Positions 27,025 through 34,707 of a stretch of DNA of 64,000 bases are shown piece after piece. The notes under the pieces are model-generated. The model saw only the letters and a list, made by a program, of their open reading frames with translations. It searched no databases and had not been told where the DNA came from. A program made the translations under genes and the position numbers. Position 1 is the first letter of the stretch; every line of letters begins with the position of its first letter. Source of the stretch: a virus (lineage: Duplodnaviria; Caudoviricetes); the IMG/VR virus record IMGVR_UViG_3300046522_000316, positions 96,001-160,000 of that record; one strand, written 5' to 3'.

Positions 27025-27510
27025 GTGGAACAAAAAGCTAAATCCAAAGAAGTCCTGATCGTGCTGCGCAACATGGCGGGCTTTGTGCTGAAAGCTTATC
27101 GCGTGATGGTGCCGCAATTTGGCGAACCAGATTTCAACAAAGAGATTCGCACGCGCACAGGTTTTACGAATCGCGAACACAAACGCCGGGAACAGAAAAA
27201 GGCGAGCGCAATTTTTATCGTGCATCACGACCTGCGCGACTACGAATCTTTTCAAGGTGGATGGGAACGCACCTGCGCAATTCTCGACGGCAGTGTTCCA
27301 CAACGTAGTACCAACCCAAATTTTATTCGGATTCACAACGCGCTGATTCCGTACCCAACTTTCCAAGGCATGTTTGAGTTCTACAAAGAAATCGGCTTCG
27401 ACCACAAGCGCAATAAATTCGATCCCGATAGCTACGCGATGAAACTGGAAAACGACGTAGAATTTCAGCGCACGGAATTTCATCGTGCGTCATTTAATGC
27501 GCGTGCATAA
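27025..27510 (+). CDS. Hypothetical protein
   Basis: GGAG then GTG start. Confidence 0.7.
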   Translation: MEQKAKSKEVLIVLRNMAGFVLKAYRVMVPQFGEPDFNKEIRTRTGFTNREHKRREQKKASAIFIVHHDLRDYESFQGGWERTCAILDGSVPQRSTNPNFIRIHNALIPYPTFQGMFEFYKEIGFDHKRNKFDPDSYAMKLENDVEFQRTEFHRASFNARA

Positions 27511-27651
27511 CCCCGTGACGCTCGTCGGATGCCGGGGCAACCTAGCGGTCGGGTAGTTGACAGTCGCGGCCCCAGTGTGCTAGGCCCCAGCCCTGCCCAA
27601 GCCCCGCAGCCCGTGGGCGTCTCCGGGCATAACTTCCGATATCGCGTGAGC

Positions 27652-27680
27652 TTGCCTAAGTGCTTGATTTTCGGTAGAAT
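27652..27680 (+). promoter_or_regulatory. Host sigma70-type promoter
   Basis: TTGCCT-N17-TAGAAT upstream of GNAT gene. Confidence 0.6.
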
Positions 27681-27784
27681 TGACGGGTTCAGCGCGGTCG
27701 TGCTGAGCAACACACTAACGGAATATGGGAAGTTTCATTTCCCTGAATGCCATGCATACAACCAGCAGTTTGAAGGATCGGTAT

Positions 27785-28258
27785 ATGGATATCGACTATC
27801 AGTCATTCGAGTCCGGGGATTTTTCTTGCCTACTCGTAATGTCTAACGGATGCGCAGATTCAATCGGTTATATTGCAGACCACATCCCGCGCAAAGACAG
27901 CGTGCTTGTGGTGGCGTCTCATAAGAATGTTGAGTCGTCGGAAACGGAAGTGGCCGGGTACATTATGGCTACTGCAAATGATCAGGGCATTTATATTCAC
28001 AATGTTCTGGTGCTGGACAATTTCCAACGCAAAGGCATCGCTACAAAGATGCTGATGGAAATCGAAAAACTGATTTGGGAAGGCACTGCGTCATACCCGA
28101 TTATGCTTTTTACAGGCGAAGAAAATAAAGCGGCAATGAATTGTTATGCGGGCGCTGGTTATACCGTTGCGTTACGCATTCCGAATTGTCGCGACTCAGG
28201 CGAAGCACGAATAGCACTGCGTAAAGACAGTGGCGTCGGCTATCATCTGGCCTCATAA
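27785..28258 (+). CDS. GNAT acetyltransferase
   Basis: YIHNVLVLDNFQRKGIATKML; ENKAAMNCYAGAGY. Confidence 0.85.
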   Translation: MDIDYQSFESGDFSCLLVMSNGCADSIGYIADHIPRKDSVLVVASHKNVESSETEVAGYIMATANDQGIYIHNVLVLDNFQRKGIATKMLMEIEKLIWEGTASYPIMLFTGEENKAAMNCYAGAGYTVALRIPNCRDSGEARIALRKDSGVGYHLAS

Positions 28259-28341
28259 AAAGCAGTAGGAGCGAATGGTAATTTTATATTACCGGGGCAG
28301 CATTTAGGCCCTTGCTACGTCTATAATCGGGGATTTACATA

Positions 28342-29592
28342 GTGGCTCATTCTAAATTTGACGACCTGATCAAAGCGCTCAATGCCTTTGAATCCGGTAT
28401 GGCAGAAAATACGCTCACGCGTAAAAGCGACATTATCAAACGGCTTGATGAAATTTCTAACCAAGCCACTATCCTGTTGAATCAGGGTAGCCTCCCAACG
28501 GGTAGCAAATCGACGCTTCTGAAGATCCGGAAACTGGTCAAAGAAACCGCCGAAGGTTTGCGCACCGACGTGTTCAGTTCCTTGGGGCCGATCCGTCGTA
28601 TTTCTCGCGATCATTTGGGCACGCTTCACTCTGCATTGACTTTGCAGCTTGGCGGCGGTCTGACTGCTGAAGAGAAAACGCAAATCCGCGAAAGCTACGC
28701 CTCCGACGAAGACACCGCCAGCGAAGTCGAACGCCTCATTGAAGCATTCGATCCCGGCTCGTTGACCATCGGCGGCACGAAAGTCGATCTGCAATTGGCG
28801 CTGAATCATGTTCGCCAATTTCTGGATCAGAATTTCACGCTCTCGCAATTGCGCTCGATCCAGCCTTACAAATCCGGCGAATTGACTCCGGGCGGAAAGC
28901 CAGTCAAAAATCCTGACTCTGTTTGGAATGACCTCACGTACAGCGAAGTGCTGGCCGCGTCCGAGGAAACCCCAAAAGGCAAAACCCGTCTGGCCGCTCT
29001 CAAGCGCGAACTGGTCAAAAAACACGATGATGATTTGGCGACTCTTTCCGAGTCCTACAAAGAATTGTCGCGTCGTATGCCGCGAACCCTGAAACATCCC
29101 TTTGCCCCAATCTATTATCCTGTTGTTCCGATTTTCCAAGACATTGGCGTTTACAAAAATCCAACCCGTTTGGAAAACGCTGGCCTCAAGGTGACTCGCA
29201 TTGGCGACCACTTTATCGTTCTGGAAAACCAACTGCTGCTGTGCATTGATCTTGATCGCATCGGCATTAAAGACGGCATTCGTTTGACCAAAGACGGCCA
29301 GCGGATGAAAACTGTAAATAATAACAGTGCGTTGGAAACCGAAGTACACAAGATCGTTGGTCACATCAACGAAACGGCTCGCCACTCCGGCACTTCGTTT
29401 GCTGTTGCATCCGATACCATTGTGCGCAATCCGAACAACCCGCGAATCGCTCTCGTCTGGTTGATTGAAGAAAAAGTTCGTAAGAAACTTGCCAACACGT
29501 TGACCAACACAAAAGTTCAGTGGGATATTCCGCGCCATCAAATGGAACCCACGCGCCTTAGCAAACGCCCTGCGCCAGCACGGACGAAGTGA
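28342..29592 (+). CDS. Hypothetical protein
   Basis: 416 aa ORF. Confidence 0.75.
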   Translation: MAHSKFDDLIKALNAFESGMAENTLTRKSDIIKRLDEISNQATILLNQGSLPTGSKSTLLKIRKLVKETAEGLRTDVFSSLGPIRRISRDHLGTLHSALTLQLGGGLTAEEKTQIRESYASDEDTASEVERLIEAFDPGSLTIGGTKVDLQLALNHVRQFLDQNFTLSQLRSIQPYKSGELTPGGKPVKNPDSVWNDLTYSEVLAASEETPKGKTRLAALKRELVKKHDDDLATLSESYKELSRRMPRTLKHPFAPIYYPVVPIFQDIGVYKNPTRLENAGLKVTRIGDHFIVLENQLLLCIDLDRIGIKDGIRLTKDGQRMKTVNNNSALETEVHKIVGHINETARHSGTSFAVASDTIVRNPNNPRIALVWLIEEKVRKKLANTLTNTKVQWDIPRHQMEPTRLSKRPAPARTK

Positions 29593-30098
29593 CAGAAAAG
29601 TACAATGAGGGAGACTGCACGATTTGCGAAAAGTATCAGTCGCTTTTGCACTGGCACCACACAATTCCGCAATCGCTTGGCGGTAAAAACAGCCTGCAAA
29701 TCCCTCTTTGCGCTCAGTGTCATAACCTTCTGCATGCACATGCGTTGGCTATTTACGCTAGAACTAAAACAGGCCGAGCAATCCAGAAAAAATACTGGGC
29801 GACTCCGGCCATGGAACACAATGCAGGCCAGTGGTTAAAAATACTGGTAGAGGCAATTTTGTCTGACGAAGCTGTTGTGGGTAAACAGTACGTCATGCAA
29901 TTCAAAGCGTCCCCTGCGTTGCACACAGCACTGCAACTGTTCAAATCGGACAGCAACGTATCGTCGCTAGAGAAAGCGATGATATTAGCAATTAGTGATC
30001 ATTTAAGAAATAGGGGCTACTTGGATAATGAGCGTTCAATCAGGGATCAAAGCACGGGTAACAAAGGCACTCCGCGAAGTAAGCCCAACCTGTGGTGA
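29589..30098 (+). CDS. HNH endonuclease with possible C-terminal DNA-binding domain
   Basis: CTIC...HHTIPQSLGG...LCAQCHNLLH. Confidence 0.8.
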   Translation: MTEKYNEGDCTICEKYQSLLHWHHTIPQSLGGKNSLQIPLCAQCHNLLHAHALAIYARTKTGRAIQKKYWATPAMEHNAGQWLKILVEAILSDEAVVGKQYVMQFKASPALHTALQLFKSDSNVSSLEKAMILAISDHLRNRGYLDNERSIRDQSTGNKGTPRSKPNLW

Positions 30099-30993
30099 TT
30101 GCAGCGGCCTACAAGACGACGTACTGGTCGAAGGAAATACGGTTCCATGTGGGGTGGTTCCGAAGGGTAATCTGACCAAGAAAAGTGCGACGGAAAAAGG
30201 TAATGTTTCGGCTAAAGAGTCCGCAAAAAACCGCGAACCAAAAACCGAAGCGTCTAGTATTTGTCCAAAGTTTTCGCCAAACACTCGCCCTGTCGGGGCG
30301 CTAGGCGATAACAAAATTGCTGAACTGGCTGACCTGATCGGCAGCATTGACGCTAAGGCCCTGCGTGCCCTTGGCGTCCTGATGTTTAACGAGCCTGCGA
30401 CACGTGATCAAGGCATGACCTTTATGCAGAAGGTTTATGTTCGTTATCGCGGCGCAGCAAATCGCAATTACATTTCCAATTTCATGCAAGCGTATGTCAT
30501 GTACGCGACTTCACAACAATACAAACTCATGAGCGCCGATGGCCGCTGCGTCCTGACCTACGGGCCGCATTGCCGTCCGGTAATTCACACCGAAGCCGAA
30601 TTTAAACCCATGCATGACAGCATGATGGCGAAAGGTGCATTGCTCGACCCTGATGCAACTACTTTGATTTCCCGGCGCTGGCGCCACGAAGAGGAATTCA
30701 ATCTCGGCATTTCCGACCTTGGCGATAAAATGGCTAAAGACGGAATCGGTGTTTCGACGATTGACGATGTGTTTACCTCAAGTGGTGTTCGGAAAGGTCG
30801 CAAAAAAGGTTTGCCGGATCTTATCAGTCTGGTGGCCGACGCGGCAGCTGGTTACGACGTGGACGGTCAAGCCGCCAACTTTGTGGAACGCGATGTTAAG
30901 CGTGACAAAGGCGACGACGGTGATGATGACGCGCCGAAAAAGAAACGTGGTTCCGGGGTTAAAGTTCGTAACGTTCGTGGGGGTGCAGAATAA
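30028..30993 (+). CDS. Hypothetical protein with Cys-containing N-terminus
   Basis: CGDC...CG...CPKF. Confidence 0.7.
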   Translation: MSVQSGIKARVTKALREVSPTCGDCSGLQDDVLVEGNTVPCGVVPKGNLTKKSATEKGNVSAKESAKNREPKTEASSICPKFSPNTRPVGALGDNKIAELADLIGSIDAKALRALGVLMFNEPATRDQGMTFMQKVYVRYRGAANRNYISNFMQAYVMYATSQQYKLMSADGRCVLTYGPHCRPVIHTEAEFKPMHDSMMAKGALLDPDATTLISRRWRHEEEFNLGISDLGDKMAKDGIGVSTIDDVFTSSGVRKGRKKGLPDLISLVADAAAGYDVDGQAANFVERDVKRDKGDDGDDDAPKKKRGSGVKVRNVRGGAE

Positions 30994-32099
30994 TGCTGGG
31001 TAAATACATCACTCAAATCGGAATTGATCCTCAGTCCCATGATGGGCAACGTTTGGTCGAGGAATGTATTCTCTGTTTGTCCGGCGTAAATTCTGCTTTC
31101 GATTTCCAGCGCAACGTCAAAACCATCGACCTGACCCCTACAGGTATGAGCGGAAAAGATGTGCGACTCGGCCTCATGGAAAAAAGCTATCTCACGGTCA
31201 ACGTGAAGTATGCAGCTTTGTTCCTCGCGCTTGTCCCAAACAATGCAGACGCCTACAACAAGCTCCAAGCGTATTTGAACGCGGAAGACATTGCGATTTT
31301 CCGTCATTACTTTACGCGCCGTTCGTTCAAGGCCAACGTTAAGGCCTACGCCACTGCGCGTGGCCTGTGTGCCCGTGACGTTTCGATTGTGGCAATGCGC
31401 CGGGACAAAAAGGCGTTCGATGAACTGTTGGAAAAAGCGACCCGTCACATTAAATCCCGTGTGCGGAAAAAACTTAGTTTTGTGGTGAAATCTGACAACG
31501 GCACCAACAACGATTTCAACGGCGACCTGACTTGCAAAGTCCTGCGCGCTTACCACTCGCTGATCCCGACAAAGCAGCCTGAAGCCTACATCGTCAATTA
31601 CCTGCGCCGTTCCGCGTCCAACGAGACGACGAACCTGTGCAAGAAGCACACGACCGGCAAGCGGGGCCGTATGGTGGCAACCGGTGACGACGGCTACGGC
31701 GGTCAGAACTATGAGGTTGTTTGCCGTTCGGAAAACCAGACTCACAAAGGCGCAGATGGCGAATCTGAATTCGACATGCTGATGGGTACTCAGATTGAGG
31801 ACTCGACGCCAACAATTGAATCGTCGATTTTAATGAGCCGTTTGTTCGGCAAGTTCAAAGGTCGCAAACTCAAAGTGTTGGAAATTTTGAGTGGGCACAT
31901 CGACGAAGGTTTCACGCGGTTCCTGAAACGCAACAATAAACTTGGCCGGGGCATCGACCATACCGACTACCAACGTCGTGTTCCGCACCAGACCTTTCTG
32001 AATACACTCGCTGAATATGTCGGCGTTTACCGGGAAGCGTTCATGCGTTTTGTGCAATACATCGGTGGTGTACTGACTGCACATAAGGAGTTTGCTTAA
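30993..32099 (+). CDS. Probable second, ECF-like sigma factor
   Basis: FDELL...DLTCKVLRAY...YIVNYLRRSASNETTN (region 2-like); LAEYVGVYREAF (HTH-like). Confidence 0.5.
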   Translation: MLGKYITQIGIDPQSHDGQRLVEECILCLSGVNSAFDFQRNVKTIDLTPTGMSGKDVRLGLMEKSYLTVNVKYAALFLALVPNNADAYNKLQAYLNAEDIAIFRHYFTRRSFKANVKAYATARGLCARDVSIVAMRRDKKAFDELLEKATRHIKSRVRKKLSFVVKSDNGTNNDFNGDLTCKVLRAYHSLIPTKQPEAYIVNYLRRSASNETTNLCKKHTTGKRGRMVATGDDGYGGQNYEVVCRSENQTHKGADGESEFDMLMGTQIEDSTPTIESSILMSRLFGKFKGRKLKVLEILSGHIDEGFTRFLKRNNKLGRGIDHTDYQRRVPHQTFLNTLAEYVGVYREAFMRFVQYIGGVLTAHKEFA

Positions 32100-32452
32100 T
32101 GGATGTGAAAGTCCACCTCAAGGACATGGAAGCAGACGCGCTGACCCTGTGGAAAGTGGATGCTCCGATTACCTACAAGCGCCAGATTATGAAAGAGCTT
32201 TACAATCTGATCCGGCTGCAACCAAACCAAACTGACGTGCGCCTTTTTAATGATCTGAAGCGCACGTGCTACAACGTGACACGCGTCGAATTTGACTGTG
32301 CATTGGCCTCGCTGAAATATTTCGATGTGATCGGGATTCATCCCGTACCACTGGCAGAAGGCGATGTTTTCCACGTCAACCGGAAACGCCGCAGTGTCCC
32401 GCTTTGGAGAAAATACTTAAAACAACTTGGGGCCGCTTCCGTGGCATCGTAG
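32099..32452 (+). CDS. Hypothetical protein upstream of helicase
   Basis: TAATG-coupled ORF. Confidence 0.7.
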   Translation: MDVKVHLKDMEADALTLWKVDAPITYKRQIMKELYNLIRLQPNQTDVRLFNDLKRTCYNVTRVEFDCALASLKYFDVIGIHPVPLAEGDVFHVNRKRRSVPLWRKYLKQLGAASVAS

Positions 32453-32462
32453 TAGGTAAACT

Positions 32463-33980
32463 ATGCAGATTCACAGTCAGACCGCTGAACTCCGGGCGTT
32501 GCTAACAGTAACGACCAAAAAGATGAACGAAGAACAGCGAACACTGTGGCTCGGCAAACTCAACAAGGATCATTTCTTCACGCCGGTGATGCGACAAGCT
32601 TTCGAGCGAATCACATCGCTGGCGCGGAAGCGTTTCCAAATCGTCAGCTGGAAAAGTCTGATTGAAGACCCAAGCCTCGACGAAGACATTCGCGATATCT
32701 TGTCAGAAACCAAGGAAAAACCTTGTCTCAAGAAATCGCAAATGCGGGAGACGCTGGAAACTCTTGAAGAGTTCCGCAAAATTCGAGTCATGCGAGACGT
32801 TGCGAATCTTATTTATGAATCGCTCGAAGGCACGGCAGTTGATGCTGAAAACCTTCTGAACCGCGTCCAGCAGAACATTACGAAAGCCACCGCCGCTAAG
32901 CATCAAGACATTTCTTTTCTGCGCTTCGGTAAGGATGCAAACAGTCGCGAAGTAACCGACCGTATCTGTCGTAACGAAACCATGCCCCGGATTAAAACGG
33001 GCATGGCCGCTTACGATTTGGCGAACGGCGGGTTTCCGGATTCTGGTGTGGTGTTTCTGGCCGCAACAACTTCCGGTGGTAAATCGACAGTCGCGATGAA
33101 CATCGCGCTGCACATGTTTTTGAATGAAAAGCTTAGCGTTTTCCGCGTCTCTCTCGAAATGCAGGAGATTCAAGAAACGCAGCGGATGTATTCCCACTTA
33201 ACCGGCATTCCGCTCAAGCGGTTCAAGCATGCCGTGTTGACCGAGGAAGACAAACGCAAAATCCGCAAGGTCGAAAAGGATCTTGCAAAGCATGGTGAAA
33301 AGCACGGTATCCACCAGACGATCCACTGCCCGAAAGGCGGATTGTCGATGGAAGAAACTTTGCAACTCGCCAAGCCGTTCGGCTACAAAATCATCGTGAT
33401 CGACTACATCGGTTTGTTGAACGAAGACAGCGGCAAAGATCAGTGGAAATCGCTGATGGATGCGGCGCGTATCGCGAAGAACTACACGCAAGAAACTGGC
33501 GCCCTCGTTATCCTGCTTGCACAGTTGGATGACGAAAAAGAAAGCATGCGTTATTCCAAAGGTATGAAGGAACACGCCGACGTTGTAATCCAGTGGAACT
33601 ATACCCGTCCGGAAAGTCGCGAAGTGCGCCTGATTCCAATGTTCGTTTCCAAAGACCGGGACGGTGAAACAAACTTCGGTTACGACCTCGAAGAACGTTT
33701 CGATATCATGACTGTATTTAACCCCGGCACGCAAAACGGCGGATCGGGTGGAGGAAACCTTGAGTTCGAAGATGACGACGGAGACAAAAAGCCGAAAAAG
33801 AAAAAGCTTAAAGACGGGTCAAGCAAAAAGCTCAAAGACTCCGACGACAAGCCGAAAAAGCTCAAGAAAAAAGGAACCAAGTCACTCAAAGAAGAACTCA
33901 ACCCCGGTAAAAAGAAAAAGAAATCTAAATCCAGCCCCAAATCCATCGGGTATGACGATGGGCCTGCCGCGCTCTCTTGA
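32463..33980 (+). CDS. DnaB-like replicative helicase with Lys-rich tail
   Basis: LAATTSGGKST, SLEM, IVIDYIGLL, LLAQL. Confidence 0.9.
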   Translation: MQIHSQTAELRALLTVTTKKMNEEQRTLWLGKLNKDHFFTPVMRQAFERITSLARKRFQIVSWKSLIEDPSLDEDIRDILSETKEKPCLKKSQMRETLETLEEFRKIRVMRDVANLIYESLEGTAVDAENLLNRVQQNITKATAAKHQDISFLRFGKDANSREVTDRICRNETMPRIKTGMAAYDLANGGFPDSGVVFLAATTSGGKSTVAMNIALHMFLNEKLSVFRVSLEMQEIQETQRMYSHLTGIPLKRFKHAVLTEEDKRKIRKVEKDLAKHGEKHGIHQTIHCPKGGLSMEETLQLAKPFGYKIIVIDYIGLLNEDSGKDQWKSLMDAARIAKNYTQETGALVILLAQLDDEKESMRYSKGMKEHADVVIQWNYTRPESREVRLIPMFVSKDRDGETNFGYDLEERFDIMTVFNPGTQNGGSGGGNLEFEDDDGDKKPKKKKLKDGSSKKLKDSDDKPKKLKKKGTKSLKEELNPGKKKKKSKSSPKSIGYDDGPAALS

Positions 33981-34707
33981 TAAGCTCACACGCGGCGAAC
34001 ACATCGACATTGTTGCAGGCAACACCCGCATAGGAACCCATGACGTTTTTCCAACGAAAAATGTTTTCCTTGTCGAACATCGACCGGTGCCAAACGGAGT
34101 CTTCCGTGCTGACCCGACCATCCCGCCATGGCGTTATGCAGACGCACTTGCCATGGACGTTCCATACGATGCCCCGCGCACTCGCCACGAAAATATTCAC
34201 TACTACGAAGAAAAAGAATCTCCGCTCGCAATGAACGAGTTCGAGGTTCCTGACTCTGAATTAGTGGATTTCAATTCGGAAGCATCGCGGGAACTGGAAC
34301 GCTACAAAAAACTCTTTTATAAAAACGCCGCGTCTCTCAGTGCTTTGCACGATGCGGCGGAATATGTTGAGGCTGCTTTGAGTAGCGGCCTCGATATCGA
34401 ACTCGACATGGACTTGGCGTTGCTCAACGCCTTTGTCCCGCTGTCCCGGCTCGACGCAATCGCAACCATGGCGCGTTCCACTTCTTTGACCGGAACGCAG
34501 CAAGAATCCTACATCGAAAAAGTCACTGCATTCCTTGCTGAAAAAACTGTCCACGCTCTCGATAAATACGACGCGGGTGTGGCTGCACGCAAGGGATTCG
34601 AACATGCTAAGGAACTGTATGCACGCGTACTTACGAAAGAACAGCAAACTACGCAGAATGCCGATCATCCGCAAACGATGTGGGGCATCCGAGGTACACG
34701 CAAATAA
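33952..34707 (+). CDS. Hypothetical protein, possible small terminase by position only
   Basis: TAATG-coupled directly upstream of large terminase; helical C-terminal half. Confidence 0.5.
   Translation: MTMGLPRSLDKLTRGEHIDIVAGNTRIGTHDVFPTKNVFLVEHRPVPNGVFRADPTIPPWRYADALAMDVPYDAPRTRHENIHYYEEKESPLAMNEFEVPDSELVDFNSEASRELERYKKLFYKNAASLSALHDAAEYVEAALSSGLDIELDMDLALLNAFVPLSRLDAIATMARSTSLTGTQQESYIEKVTAFLAEKTVHALDKYDAGVAARKGFEHAKELYARVLTKEQQTTQNADHPQTMWGIRGTRK

Noticed and set aside
28322-28327. TATAAT as a sigma70 promoter
   Set aside because: No -35 or extended -10, and very close to the start codon
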